DNA of 64,000 nt from Auanema rhodensis (taxonomy: Eukaryota > Animalia > Nematoda), in assembly GCA_964057225.1 (NCBI GenBank), contig OZ059899.1, positions 14,818,001-14,882,000 of the forward strand, in the 5' to 3' direction. Positions within the stretch are counted from its first letter, which is position 1, and the number at the start of each line of letters is the position of its first letter. The translations under genes were made by a program, and so were the position numbers. This document shows positions 23,410-38,737 of this stretch, one piece after another. The notes under the pieces were generated by a model. The model had not been told where the DNA came from. It saw only the letters and a list, made by a program, of their open reading frames with translations, and made no database searches.

Positions 23410-26275
23410 TTAGCTTTCAAAACATTCAGATGATTTTCTTCATTCGTTTAAAAACTTCAATTAAGATTCTTTTTTTCTGGAATCCCTTTTAGTTTGTTAT
23501 AGCCTAAATTATATTTTAAGCTGATATAAATAACAACTTATATTTGATTCTCCTCTTCTCAATGTCGCTCACTCTTTCTCTCTTCCTCTTTGTATTCTTT
23601 GGAACGTTTGTTCCCTCATAGTCGTTCTTTGTCACTTTCCTTCTCGCCTCCCCTCTCTCTCTCTCTCGTTCTCTCTCTCCCTCTCTACTATTTATTCATC
23701 TTATTCTCTTTTCTGTTCCTCCGTCTCAGATCAAAACAAGCTGTTTTTTTCTCTGAACCTCTTCAATTTACCGATCTTTTTTCCGCTCTCTCGACATCGT
23801 TTGACTATTCGAAAAAACTATCAAACGAATGCATCAGCTGGGCAAGAGGTTGTGAAACGTCGAGTATCGTCTGTCCGGGCTCGACCCTCTGATGAAAGAT
23901 CGGCAGAAAACGTTCAGATGCAATAGATGCATGAGACACACGGGGGCGCAATAGAGAGAAGACCAGCCGAGGAGATGACAGAAGACACATGAGAATCAGA
24001 CGGAAAAACTCCAACGACGAGGCGACGAGGCGATGAGGATGTGATGGCTAGTCTATGGTCGTTATGTGTTGCTGTGTGTGCCGGATCACATGATTCAGAT
24101 TCTCTTAGTCGTGTTCTGCTCATTGCATCTCGTCGTTGTCCTCATCCTCCACGACAATAACGGCGACCAACAGTTTTCGTAACCGAAAATCACATCTGAA
24201 CGTGTGCCATTCTCATTCTCGTCCTCTTCCTCGCTCTCTTTCTCCATACTTTCTCACCTATTTGTCTATTTTTCCAGTTGAGCTTTCAGATGTGTTTCAA
24301 ATGTGCCTTTCTTTCTCTTCTTTCTTTTCCTCTTTTCATTCTTTCATCAGTCACACACATACACATACAGGTGTTGGCTATGCAGTCCTCACCCATTCCC
24401 ATAGATTTCCCGTAGTTGCCAGCCAACACCCATGTCTGTCTCTGTTTGCCATCTCCTGTCCTTTTGATACCCAGCCATCTAACTCTCACATCCTCCCTCT
24501 CCTTCCCTCTCTTTTTCATTTTTTACTACTATTTCTTCACCATGTTCTCCTCGTTCAATTGATCTCTCCTTTCTTACTCTTCTCGTCTACTCTCTCTTTC
24601 TGACTTTTCTCTTTCTCTCGCACCCTCTTACTCTCTGTTTTTTCTTTTCAGAAACAGCTGATTAGAAACTCGCTCGATTTTCAGCTCTATATGCCGTTTA
24701 GTTTACTCATTCTTGCCACCCGTTGAGCATTCCATAGGATTACTTCCAATTAACAGTTCCATCCTTATCAGTATAATCGTTTTTCATCCTTTTTCACCTG
24801 CACATCATTTGCTTTTCTTATAGTTTATAGTCTCTCTCCCTCTCTCTCTCTCCTACCAGTATCCTCTCTCTACTATCTTCCATTCATTTTTTCCTCAAGT
24901 AGTTGTCCTTTTTCCTCGTTGTTTTATCCGCTCAATCTATGTTTCAAAACGTTTCCGCGGCTTTTTTTTCTTGATTTTCAGCTGTTCTTCAGATGTTGAT
25001 GTTTTGCGTCATGTCAACCACTGTCTCCATAAAAAACTTTTTTTTTTCAATCAAATTGGCTGTTTCCTTGGCCAAGTGTCATGGTATTACCAATGTGTAT
25101 GTTCAAGTCGAGTTTCTTATGCCCACCATTCCCACCTATACTTCTCCTACCTCTCCGTGTATGTTCTCATGGCCGAATGACACGGGGAGGAGGAGGAGTT
25201 CGTACTGATGCTTGTGGGTGTTTCCTGCCTTCTGAAGTCCGTACAACCTAACAACATATGGCCTTCGTGATTATCATCTAATTTTTTCTGTTTAAATTCA
25301 TAAACTCTTCTTCTTATCATTTTTACTTTTGTTTTTATCTTCTGTTTGTACATGAAAAGAAATTTATTCTTGAATGATTCATGTTCTAATTCGAAAATTT
25401 GAAATTACCTTTCTCTCTCTCTCTTTCTCTCTCTCTTGTATCTTTAGGAATGTATTTTCTTCATTTCGCAAATGATAGTCTCAAATCAGTCGCATTAGCA
25501 CAACAAACATCTACAAACTTCTGACACAGCAATTTCCAAATATAGTTTTTCATTATTTCTATTTCAAATTTAGAATCAAATGCATCTAAAGGCTTCTTTC
25601 ATCCAAGCTCCATCTCATCATCTACTTGTCTACGTTCTTATTCTTCATAATCCTTTTTACTTGCTGTCCAAACGTCTTCCGCACATCCCAACCTCCTCCT
25701 CCTCCTTGGTAAACCACCTCTTTTCTCCTTCTCCATCATTTTCAAATTATATCTTTAAAGAAGTGTTATTTTTCAACTGTTGCTATAGAAATTATAATTA
25801 TCATAATATTTAATTTTATGTTCTTCATATATCAAGTGGTGCTCAAATGTGCTTTGTCTTCACTAATCATTTTTTTCGTATTTGCTATCGTAAACCTTTC
25901 ATATTACCTCTCTTCTTGCACCTCCCTCCCTCCTCTCTTCCTCCTCTCTTTCTCTCTAGCATCCTTTTTTCTCCCTCATTCCCTCTATCTTTCACACATC
26001 CATTTACAGTCATCTTAAACAACTCATGTGATTTTGGTCATAAGATATCATGGCTAGCATATCACTAACACCTGACTGGTCACTTATTTCGTTTTCATTC
26101 CAGCGACCGTTGATGTCTATTTGCTAGCCTCTGGCAACTTTTCAAATTACAACAACAAAAAATTAAAATTCAATTGTTCTACTACAACATCTGAAGATGT
26201 CCTTTTCTATGAAATGCCGTTCAAAATTCGTCGTCTTCTGATTGTATTTCTAATGAGCTATCTGATGAGTCAGCG

Positions 26276-26339
<64 letters not shown>

Positions 26340-28139
26340 CGTTTTTTCTTCTTCTTTGCTATCATTACTACATACTATTTCAAAAGTTTTTCTTTAAACA
26401 ATCATGTCAGCCACATTGAACGAACGCCTTATTCTACTTTACGCATGTTCTATCCTGTTTACTCGTCTTCTGTGTTAATGCCACAGGATTTTTTTCCTTT
26501 TTTCTAAAAAAAATCCTGATTAAGCTTCATATTATGAATCAATAAAATTCAATGCAATATCATGTTTAAGGCAATAACTCTCGCTCAACGATCTGTTTTT
26601 CTGCTTTTCATCCATGTTTGATGTGTATTATCTCTTCTCTTTGGTATTTGGCAATGAACATTACATTGCATGAACGGTGAACTATTCATCTTTACAGCCT
26701 TACAGCTTTACAGCCTGACAGCCTTACAGTGTTCATTACCATTACTTTGCTTATCATGCTCGGATATTAAGCTGTATTCAGCTATCGTATACTATATCAT
26801 CAATTTATAACAACAACAATCATATCTTCTACCTTGTTTATCATCATCATCATCATCATCATCATCTTCTTCTTCTTCTTCTCAATCAGCAATATTCCGT
26901 TTTTCATCAATTAACATCATCATCATCATCATCGTTATCATCATGCCTGTACATGTTGTCATCAATGAGAGTTTGGCATGATATAGACTAGACATGGCCA
27001 TCAGTAAGACAACAACTTCTTCTTCACTTGTAGCAATCAGAGCGTTAGTATCGTCAAAGAGTTGATTTCGTTATGAACAAGTCGATTCGTTCATCTATGT
27101 CGTCATCATACGTATTTCATCATCTGAAATCGATTTGAATTTGTTGTTTTGTCATCAGCATTTTTTGATCTACGATCATAGACTAACACAGATAATGGAC
27201 TGTCTGCTTCTCCCCCATTCTCACTTTCAGAATCTTTCTCTCTCTTTCTCTCTCTCTCTCTCTCTACGAACATCGTGAGGAACCATGTTCTGTAAAAAAA
27301 GCAGATCAGTTTTTAATCAACATCTTCATGTGATTCTTATTTTGCTGTCATAAGTATCAATCCTACTTTTATATATGATGTCATTTGATGTTATATCCGT
27401 AACTACATCCCCCCTCTCTCTCTCTTTTTCTCTCTGTTCCTTGAATTACCTCTATATCAATCTCTCTTGATATGCCGTTTACTGGTCCCGTTTCAATATC
27501 ATTGATAAGTCACATCGAACGATTAATTTGAAAAATAGTTGATGACTCCACATAAACTAGAGCAGACAATATGAGAAAATAAATATTTTGATGGGAAATT
27601 GAGTATCCCATTGAATATATACGAAGATAAACCTTTTTTAACCTTTATTCTATGTAATCCATCATCTTTTATTCAATTTACTTCAATTTATTTCGAAAGC
27701 CTTTCACGAATCTAACAAGGTTTTACCGAACGATCGTTGTCTTGCACTATATTTGAACTTTAGTTGAAGAAAGGGTCGTGGCAAGAGTAATACCTCTTAA
27801 CCAATAAGGTTGAGTCAAAATCCTTCATCGTTTTGCCTTTACTCACTAAACTATCATCTTTCAGAGAATATGTTTTCATTCTCTTTCTCTCTCTCCCTCT
27901 TTCTTTCTCTCTGTCTTTCTGTCTTTCTCTTTTTGCTTCAATCCGCATTGTTTCGGCTCTTTCTGCACTGCCAATTCACGCCATGTCCTGCTGGTCCGGC
28001 TGACATCGAGATCATTCAACTGAAAACCGGGTCTTCGCGTCTTTGTCTCTCTCTCTATCTATACTAGACATCGTCATCTTTATCACACATCCTCTCGTTC
28101 TGTCTGATAAATATTTTCACAAACATGTATATAGAAATA

Positions 28140-28172
<33 letters not shown>

Positions 28173-28290
28173 GCCCTCTCTCTCTACCTCTTTCTTTCTT
28201 TCTTCTCTAGTTATACTCGGTTTCACCTTATTGCACCTATATTCCTTTTCAAAACTTTTTTCTTCTTATTCCTTTTCTATTAGTTCACAT

Positions 28291-28397
28291 AATTAGCATA
28301 ATATTGCATACGACGCATAGTTTACGTGAGTGCATTATCACGTGGCTGCCACGTGACATCATTCATTCTATTTGTTTGACACTGCCAAATCGGTTGC
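28291..28397 (+). promoter_or_regulatory. Dispersed composite element, copy E4
   Basis: AATTAGCATA 28291, TACGTG 28323, CACGTG 28339 and 28350, CGGTTG 28391. Confidence 0.55.
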
Positions 28398-29943
28398 AAC
28401 TCTCTATTCGTGGAGTCTGTTCATACATTTTTCTTCAAACTATTGTATATCTCTAACTCTTTTGGAAACTTCGTGATTTATCTTCTCTTTCTCGCCCTGT
28501 TTCTCTCCATCTCTCTTTCTCCCTCTCTCAACTTACCATCACCATTCTGATCAACACGGTTTTTCTGGATAACTTCATCATTCAATCCGGTCAATCACTT
28601 CTTTCCGGAATCGAATGTTATGCCGGAATAGGCTAGATCAGCACATTATTGGTTCAGTGTGAAGACTGCTTTTCCCATTCGTTATCAGCCCTTTCTTCAT
28701 TCTCCTTTTCATTCATTCAGCAACATACTTTTGTCTTTCATTTTGTCCTTTCTATGATCTCCAGTAATCGTTTCAGATCACATATCATCAAATTCAAAGC
28801 TTTTCAGCTATTTATATGTTTCAACCCTGCCCTTCGACACTATAAACTTCGTAAATCGTTTTTTGGTATTTCTGCTTCTCCCTCGTTCTAAATATCTACT
28901 TTTCTCCAATGACTTCACTTTTCCTCAACAATTCCCTCTCTCTCTCTTTCTTCTCTTCACTTCTCTCTCTCTCCCTGTCTATCTCTCTTTTCTTCTCGAT
29001 TTTGCTTTATCTCTTCTTTGCCACATCTATCTTCCTTATTTCTCCATTCCACCTGTTGTCACAGTGATTTTGCAACATTTCCAAGAGACACAAAGCCATT
29101 TCACACAGCGTCTGCTCTTCCTTCAGCATATCGAAATATAGATTTCATACTTGAATTGAAGTTCAACAGCTGTTTCAAACATCAATCTCTTCATTCACTA
29201 CTTTTTTCATTCGTCTGTCTGTTTTACGTCCACGTCCTCATCATCCTCGTTTGTTGTGCTTGTCGTCTGGTTAGCACCTATATAATCCTGATGTCATCTC
29301 CTATCACATTGAAGGCTATCATTATCAGAAGTCTTAGTAATGTCTGCTTATTGTTCGCAACACATGCTTGTGTCTAGTCTGCAAACGTTATCCACGAATG
29401 ATCACGTTGCCATCTCTTTATCTTTTACCTTTGTCTCTTCTCTTCTCTTTTCTCTCTCTCTGTTTTTCTTATTATTTCTGATTATATACACATGCCTATA
29501 TGTAATAGTTAAGACTAGTACACTGCTATCTCATATCTATCTATTCACACAAAAATATTTTCAATTCAAATCTCAAAAGAGACCGTATAAGAGATAGATG
29601 TATGTACATATGTCTAAAATACTCTGCCAATTTCATGGATTTTTCTCTCTTTTCACAGACTTTTTGTCTATTTTTTTCATCTACAAAGAATTTCTAGCTA
29701 TGAATCATAGCTATCATGCATTCACACAGCTCACCTTTCAACTCCTCCCTCTCTCTCCTTTCCTCCTTCCTTTCCATTTCTCACACATTAGACGTTCCTT
29801 CCATTTCTCCTTCTCTCCCTTGGTATCATCCTTAGTTTGACCTCTGTGTATGAGATATGTGAACGAGTTGCTGCTACGACGAAATCTTTGTTCTTCTGAC
29901 TGTAGATATGGATGTGTTTGTAATCACATGGAGCCATTACTTG

Positions 29944-29994
<51 letters not shown>

Positions 29995-30237
29995 TCCTTA
30001 CTGGATAACTTCTGATTCTTTATGTTCGTCCCTTCTTCATCAATTCCCTTTCATCTCACGAAAGCAAAAATATTAATTTTTCTTTGAATTCGCTTGTCTC
30101 TATCATGATGATGTATTCTTGAAAATTCAATTGTTAATTCTTGTTTTTTTCTCTTTTTTTTATATTTCATTCATCATAGTATTACTTGTTCGTTTATATT
30201 TCGTCAGCTCCAATATGTTAGAAGCCGAATAAGAGAG

Positions 30238-30290
<53 letters not shown>

Positions 30291-30600
30291 GATAGAGAGA
30301 GAGAGAGAGAGAGAGAGAATGATAGTGAGATTGATACAGAGAGAGACAGAGAAACAAAATATGAAAAGAGAAAGTAAGAATGAGAATGAAAAGCAAAAAA
30401 ATGTTTTTTTGCACTTCAATTCATCACCTTTTCCATATTTTGATTTCCGAACTAGCTATTGTGAAAAGAGTCGAATGAACCTCCCAAAACGGAAACAAAT
30501 TGAAAAAAAAAGATTAATATTATATATTTCTTATTTAATTTATATATTATACTATACTTAACTATATTATAATTTAATTATAATATTTATATAATATTCT

Positions 30601-30689
30601 ATTTGCATAATTCTAATTTTAATACGTTCACGTGAGTATCACGTGATATTCTCATTTTAAGTGTGTAAATCAGTTATAAACGGTTGTTC
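30601..30689 (+). promoter_or_regulatory. Dispersed composite element, copy E5, ~700 bp upstream of the TALE gene acceptor
   Basis: ATTTGCAT 30601, CACGTG 30629 and 30640, CGGTTG 30681; the same 52/41-bp offsets as E4. Confidence 0.55.
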
Positions 30690-31418
30690 TTTTTCATTTC
30701 ATCTTCAATTTTAATTTATTTTATATAATTTAATTTGAAAATATGTAAAAATTCTTTTTTTTTATCTCCTGTCGTCAATTCTTCATTGTTTCTTGTTATC
30801 CTTCACATGCTGCTTCATCTGCTATTGATAGCTTCCATTGCTGCAATTGCTTGGATGTTACTGCATGACGATCATCACGATCAACCAATTGTTTTTCTGC
30901 CGTAATTTTTGGTTTGAAAATCTATCATCAAACCATATAGTCAGTTATTGCTCTTCTTTCAAACTATGTGCAATATGAGATGTGTTTACAATACTGTGAA
31001 TGAACTTAACTCCCCTCCCTCATCTCTCTCTCTCTCTCTCTTTATATTCTCCTCCTTCTTGCATCATCTTCACCTTATTCTTCAATTTCTTTTTGCTTAT
31101 CTCCTTTATACTAAATTCGTTTTCCATTTTTTTGAATCTTCGACACTATCATCTCTATTATTGTTTTTCATTTTCTCTTCGATATAATTTTCTATTTTAT
31201 CTCAAAAACGCTTGTAACATGTCGTGTGTTCATCACTTTACCGATAGTAGTACTGTAGAATCATGCTTGCCAATACTTACAATCATCGCTTTTTTCATGA
31301 TAATTTCCATTTTTTTTCGTCTTATTCGCTTCGTTTCCTCCTGATGTTATTCTAACAATCATCATTGTTTTTTCTTTCTTTTTTTAGAGAAATCTGGCAT
31401 TAACTGTCAGTAGCAAGT

Positions 31419-34028
31419 ATGGTTTCTGACGAGAGTCAGTTCACATCTGACATCTCTATTACTTCAACTGTTGCTGCTCTGAATAACATCAAAGAATTGG
31501 AAATTGACTTCGATTCATCAAAGAAAGACGTATGTTCTACTTGATTCGATCCTCCTCCTCTATCTTAATCCATTCATTCATTCAGACTTTGCCATTACCT
31601 TCTCCAGATGAGAATCTGATTCCATTGTCATCAGCTATGTCCACCTCTGCATATGCTGTACGACCGTTGGAGATGACCGTCGCTTCAGCTGTTACAAGCG
31701 GCGAAAAGGCTCGATTTCGTCAGCTAACAACACATTTGGATCGAGTATGATATAAGCTTATAAGCATCCAAATCATTCAACTACTTTCAGTGGGTTAATG
31801 CCAACGGCAACAATCTCTATCCAACACGTGAGGAAAAGGAAAAGTTGGCCGAGGAAACAACATGTTCATACATACAGGTATCAAGCTTAAATACACTTTT
31901 ATTATGGGGGTTTCTCCATCAGGAAATAAAGTTGCCTGAGGGCAAATATACATGTTGCGAAATCATATCAAGCCATGTGTGCCCTTCTTATCAATTTTTC
32001 GTTTCTTCTCTATTCATGTACTCAAGCTCCATCTACTCTCCTTTACTATCTCTCTCTCTCCCCCTCTCTCTCTGTCTATCATGTTATCTCTTGCAATGCT
32101 TTATCAATATTGTAAAAAAGAATTCATGCTCATTACTGTCTTGACAACTCGGCTACTTACATCAGCCAATTTCTGAGAGAAGCCGACATCTCAACCTGTC
32201 CGGCTATCAGCAATTTCCTTCTTTTCACTTTTCATCCTCACAATGTGATTGGAGGATGATGTTTGGCATTTGTCGTGTTTGCATTCTTATCCTTCATTAC
32301 TTCTGTTACAACCTTTTGATTCGTTTTCTCCATCGTTACCGTCTACTTCGTTTTCTAAACCAATTTCCCATCTCTTTTGTCCCTTAAAGCCGTTTGCGTC
32401 GATGTCGCAGCTGTGCTCAAGAAATTCTCGTTCTACTTTCTGAATTCGTTTTCACGTCTCTTCACCTCATCAAGGCCATCTGTACGCTGAAAACTTGTCA
32501 ATCTCATGGCCATCTTGTGATCATCATTTTTGCCGTCATTACAATAGTACTCTCGTTTTAACCCTTTTTCCTCTCTATCTCTCTATCTCCCTCTCTTTCT
32601 TTCTCTTGTCCAACCTCTCAGTTCCCGATTCAGTCATTATACATCGAAATTCATTGTTGAGCAACCCTTCTGAAGACCACGTGGTTCAAAATTTCATAAC
32701 AGCTGGCAATTAAAATGTTCTTTTCATTGACGTTCGATGTTGTCGTTTGCGGATACGACTATATTCAGTCATCCGATGCCACGGCCATCATAGTAATCAT
32801 CATCATCGTCGTCGTTGTCATCATCATCATCATCATCATCATCATCAGTGGTATCGTCTATCCATAGGGTGTTCTTCTTTCTGATTCAGACGCACTGGCA
32901 CAGTTCGGACACTATAAGCAGTGGCTGTAGCATTGGCAGTAGCAGTCACATAGCTTTATACATACAACCCACTCATTGTATTTCAAAAATTGTTGAAAAG
33001 TTCTGTTGTACCTATCGATCACATCCATTGTTCAGAGTCTTTTTCGTATTTTTGGACAAAAAGTTTTCAAATGGATAAGGTAAAAACGATAAGAAGAGTC
33101 GTAACATGGTAAAGAGGGACAGATAGAAAGAGAGAAAGAGACAGAGGAAGAGAGAGAGAAATTGTGTGAAGAGTAAAAGGCATATCTCTAGTCATCATAG
33201 ATAGTAGGAAATGCTAACCGTATAATGTTCGTTCACTACCATATGATGACAGTAGCTAGTAATGTACTTTCGACCCTCCCCCCTTCTCTCTCTCTCTTTC
33301 TCTCTCTCTCTTTAGCTATATAAACCTTTTCCCCATTGTATAATTTTGGAAGCCAGCCAGGCAATCTCACGCTCCGACCGAAAAAAATGGGGGAATTTCA
33401 GAAACAACGAGTAGTTCTTTTGCAAATAATTTCAATATATCAATAGATTATAAAGTATAGTCAGCGAAACAAACATGATTGTATATCAGTAGTTTGATGA
33501 ATCTTCTCAGAATATATGATGAAAAGGGAATGACTATGAACGATGTTCATTGTAGTTATACATGTGTTTGATGTGGTAACGTTGACATAACTCTATAGCA
33601 ACTTATACCTTTAACATTGGTTAGAACAACGCTGACGATAAACTAGATAGGTAATGGAAAGAGAGAGAGAAGGGGGGAGAGAGTGATAGAGAGAGAGGGG
33701 GTGGCATATAGTTAGACAGCAAACAAAGTAGCAAGTTAGGTATGCTATGGAAGAGAATAGAATAGGATGGCACAGATCAAATTGAGTTGTCTGATGTTGC
33801 AACATCAAATGGATTATTTATAGTTTTCCATTCGCCTCTTCCAAAATACATGAAGAAGAATTTGCATTCAATCTGAATATATGATCTTCATTTCAATAGA
33901 ATTTTCAAATTCATAATCTGACCCATGCTGCTCCATTGTTTTCCCTTTCAATTGAAATTTTCTTTTTTTTCTTTTTTTCATATACTTCGAAGTATCTTTG
34001 ACCTATTGGCTTTAGTTCTCTCTAAATG

Positions 34029-34083
<55 letters not shown>

Positions 34084-34688
34084 TTGAGCTTAGGCAATGA
34101 CCATGAAAATTGCATTTTTACTATTGTGACATGAAACTGAGTCCCATGTGCTTCAACCAGACGGGATTACCTGCTTCCTGAAGCATGCTCATTCATGTTT
34201 GTCCAGTAGGTTGTTAGGAAAGAAAGAAAGAAGGGAAGTAGATAGAAGCAGTTTGGTAGGTAAAATAGGATGAAAACGCCTGAAGGTTCATGTTTTTTGC
34301 TAAGAAATAGACGGAGAGAGAGAGAGAGAGAGAGAGAGGAGTAATAGAGTAGATAAGAGAGATAAAAGCAGTTCCTACGTAATTCATAAGTACTATATTA
34401 AATGATGAAAAGCTTCCAATTCTATCTTCATTTTCGTTTTGAAATTTTGAAAAGCTGAGGTCCTGGAACAGAAACTGAATGCGCTCAGTAATAGATCTTC
34501 GAGGCGACATGCATAGGCATCAGATGCCGTCCGGTAGAATGGAAACAGACAAAGGCAATCAATCAGTTTGATATGGACAATAAGAAAGCCTGTAGAAGAT
34601 ATGATGCTAGAAAACAGACTATTAAAGATGAATAAAGGAAAATGAGAGAAGAAGAAGATAAAAGAGATAATGAAAATAGATTTATGCC

Positions 34689-34723
<35 letters not shown>

Positions 34724-35577
34724 TCTCTCTCTATCCATAAATATCTCTACGCTGTAGGGGCTTATCTCAATTTCTGAGGACATATGCACTTATTCATTTC
34801 ATATATATATATATATATTCAATAGAGTTCATAAAACAAACTTCTGAATATATCAATATGTGCCGACGATAGTCAAGCTGCTTCAATTGGAAATGTACGT
34901 GGTTCTAATAGAGTTGACATCTCAGATTACATCATGATATCGTCTAATGCTATTCCTTTTTTCTTGGCTGACGTTTACATCCTCCTTATACCTTGCAAGC
35001 ACTCGTATTTCCAGCAACAACTCTCTGCCTTAGATATATTCGACTGAAACCTGTCTGAGTGTCACAACAACAGCTCAATGCTTCTACTGATGATGTTGTC
35101 AATGTTGACCTTTTCATCCTCATCCGTATATCATATTGCTTTTCCACATCTCATTACTTCGCTCATAATTCTACTCTGCGTTCAGTCTGCTAGTACGAGT
35201 GTTGAGAAACCGGAAGACCACCCCTGATGACAAGGGAAGGTCAACACGAATGCTATGATGCTGAATGAGCCTTGTTGTGATATACAGCCCGAAACATAAA
35301 ATTCTTCACAGGTGGTCTACACCATCGTATAAATCCAAATCTTCTGAAGCGTACAGTTCTTATGGGTTTTATCTTCCATCTTTCATTCGTTTAGTCTTTC
35401 TCTTGACCGTCAGATACTCATCATCAAAGGAGAGAAGAGGATCAACTGAGTATGACGAACAGACGTTGACGCAATGTGAGTCACGATGAAACTAGAGACT
35501 TTTATGATCGTATTGTTTTATCATCAACATATGAGAAGAGAAAAAACTCTTTTTGATTCATCACAACTCCTCTTTCC

Positions 35578-35609
<32 letters not shown>

Positions 35610-35811
35610 TTTTCTCAAAAAGAGATCAAGTGATCAACATATTCTCATCTAACATTCAGCCTTTCAAATCATATTTTCAGATATTACAATCATTATTGTA
35701 TTTCTTGTTTTCAAAATGTTTTATCGGATCCTCAAATATCATCGTACAGCTCATTTTATCCTCATCCTGTCAACGTCTTTTCCAAATTGTAAATCCTATA
35801 CTTTCCCCTCT

Positions 35812-35853
<42 letters not shown>

Positions 35854-36229
35854 ATCTCTTTCTACCTCTCTCTGTTCAAAAACCATGAATGACCTTCGGC
35901 ATAGAACAATCATACTCAATAATTTTTAAAACTGGAGTAACACCTGCTCTGTGTGTTAGTAACTATTTCCCTTCTTTGCTCCTGTTTCGTTGATTTTCCA
36001 CAAAATTCAAATAAGAAAAGAAAGCAAGCCCTATATACATCAAATGATTTGTTTCAGGTCAATCGCTGGTTTGCTAATCGACGTCGAAAACAAACGAAAC
36101 GAACTAAAATCATGAATTCACCTGTGTGCGTCACTCCTGTGCCTCAGGCATCAATGCCTGATGACTGTATGCCGTCCGACAGCGGCTGTTCAACTGCTCC
36201 AGACGCCGTGAACTTCATCAATCCAGACG
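31419..36229 (+). CDS. Divergent TALE-class homeodomain protein (Mohawk/Iroquois-like), exons 1-4
   Basis: Exons 31419-31529, 31586-31744, 31791-31877, 36058-36229, with GT-AG introns in compatible phases. Homeodomain KARFRQLTTHLDR|WVNANGNNLYPTREEKEKLAEETTCSYIQ|VNRWFANRRRK has a TALE xYP loop and Ala50 (WFAN). TTTTAG acceptor at 31387 precedes the ATG. Confidence 0.88.
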
Positions 36230-37160
36230 GTACGCTACATTTGATTTTTTTCATTTGTTATTGCTGTATCATCAATCCTGCTACTTCTCATCATCATCCA
36301 GCTTTATCTGTCTGCTAAACAGACGAACTCAGTGTTTTCCTCATATCTTTCATCATTCACTTTTTCATTTCTTCATCAAATATTTTGTCTTTTTCCCTAT
36401 TTAACTCAATTTCAAAAGTCGTTTTTGACCTTTTTACCATGATTTTTGACGGATAGAAGGAGGAAAAAAGTTTATTTGCTTCTGATTTCTTCAATATTTG
36501 TCTCAGATTTCATACAAAATACACATACACACACATATATACATCCATACTATCCACATCCTTCAGGAAAGAAAACATTTTCAATTTGCCCTTTGAACGT
36601 TCTAGCAATTGAAAAATCCCGGAGAAAATCCAATCTTCAATTCTGCTTCATGAATTTCTTCAGGCCATATTTCTCTCTCTCTATCTCTCTCTCTCTCTTT
36701 CTATTTTACTTTCCATCAACATTTTTCTTCTTCTTCTTCTTCAGCTGTGTCTGCTTTGGCTTCTACTTCTGCTTGTCCTATAGTTGACAGTTTGATTGAA
36801 CATTCAGCTAAGTGAGATTAAACAAAAATATTTTTTTTTCCTGATTTTTTATTTATTTAAATAATAATTATTTAAGTTAAAGCTTAATAGATGTATGTTG
36901 AATGTTAGGATTCTTCTGAAAGCTTCTAACACTACCTTTCTGCATTCTATCTCCATGTATACAGAGATACATTTCTAAGAGAAAACTTGAATCTTTTATA
37001 TTTCGTTTGTATTAGTCATTGTGTTGCACAGTACTGTCGAACATTTCTTCTTGTTAACTGTGTCTTGCAGTCTTTGGCATCATGCCATCTGAATTGCTTT
37101 GCAGTTGAAGATGAATTATGCTATGAACTTCAACCTCTAACTCATCTATTCTTCTCTCAT

Positions 37161-37212
<52 letters not shown>

Positions 37213-38629
37213 TCTAACAATTAAAGTTGACGCACACATTTGTGTGTGTTCATCGTCTGGTATTCCTGTTCTTCTTCTCGACAATCTTTGTACTTTTGTT
37301 TTTCAGTTTTTTTTTTCATTTTTTTCTTGAACTTTCCTCAGACATCTCTCTGTTTATTCTATTTCATCATCATCAGATCTTCATCTTGTTTTCTCTTGTT
37401 TCTGATTCGTTTCCACTTCCTTGACTCACTCCATTCTTAGAATAGTTGTTTCTTTCTGCAAGCTCATTATTCTCTCTCTCTCTCCCCTCTCTCTCTCTCT
37501 CTCTTCTTCTCTCTCCCTCTCTCTGTCTCTCTCTCTTTTCTTTTTTTGTATATTTCCTTACTCTATATCAACTATGTGTTTCATCCGATTAAGAGGGACA
37601 TAAAGAATAACATAAAAAATACTTTGAAAAGCTTGCTTCAATGCTCCAGTTTAGATTTCAAAACAATAGTTAAACTTTCAAGTTTTAAAATAAATGCTTT
37701 AAAATGCTTATTATTAGCATATTTTGTATCCAATTTAGAATATCAAAGATGAGCTTGATAGGAATGTTTTGAAAAGCCTGTTGACTTGGCCAATTATTTC
37801 AAAATTCTTCTTATGATTTTGCTCATATTCTTCTCGAATTTCGTGAAGTGTTTGCTTCAAAAAGCCAGAATCTATGGTTTTCCAATAAAAACCTTATGAA
37901 ATCCATCATTCAGTAGAGATGATGATGAAATACTTGGTTACTGGCCAATTTGAAGCTTTTTGTCATCATTTTTGTTTTTGTGGTATGAATTGTACGACAA
38001 GCAGCAACCATCATTGATTCATCATTGAATTCGATTCATCTCCCTCTCTCTTACATTGCAATCCCTGGTTCCAGTGCTCGAAACTCTTAACTGTATCTCT
38101 CTCTCCTTCTCTCCCCCTCTCTCTCTCTTTCTTTCTTTCTTTTTTTCTTTCTTGTTCCCACTCTCTTGCAATTCTTTGACGATTGATGGTTTTGGCATGT
38201 GGATGAGTCATTTCGAAGGCTTTTTTGTCTTCTCATCGCCAATATGAAGATCAAACTGATTATTTCGAAATAATTTGGTTGTTTGAATGACAAACATACA
38301 GCCAAATACACATGAAATTTCATTTTTATTCTGCTGTTTCCATCCAGAAATTGCTTCATCCAGTTCTATTTTTGGTTCATTTGCCCTTTATGTTTTTCAT
38401 TATTTTCCTCATATTTCCACACCTTTTTACTCTTAATTCTCTAAACAGCATGCGATGAAGAAGGAGAGGGAGAGAGAAGAAGTAAAAGTAATGTAAGCAA
38501 ACTCAGTATATGTCTATAATAGTGGATAAGAAGGTAGAAAGAAGAATTTAAAAAAAAAAAAGAGAGAGAGAGAGAGGTTGAGCATGCACAAGTTAGTGAT
38601 CCATGAATGAAGACGAGAGGAAGAAGAAA

Positions 38630-38737
38630 TCAACCGCTTCACGTATTTAATCGACACTTAAATGAGGATAATTCACGTGAATCTCATTCAAATGCACTTA
38701 CGTGGGAAATGAATTACACGTGATGTTCAAGCTAAAT
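38630..38737 (-). promoter_or_regulatory. Dispersed composite element, copy E6 (reverse orientation)
   Basis: On +: CAACCG 38631-38636, CACGTG 38674 and 38717, TACGTG 38699, GCTAAAT 38731. Offsets of 43 and 99 bp match the forward copies. Confidence 0.5.

Noticed and set aside
13040-31344. Many 60-164 aa ORFs rich in SLSL, ERER or FL
   Set aside because: They arise from (CT)n/(GA)n and pyrimidine-rich DNA that lacks stop codons, and show no splice-consistent exon chain or domain.
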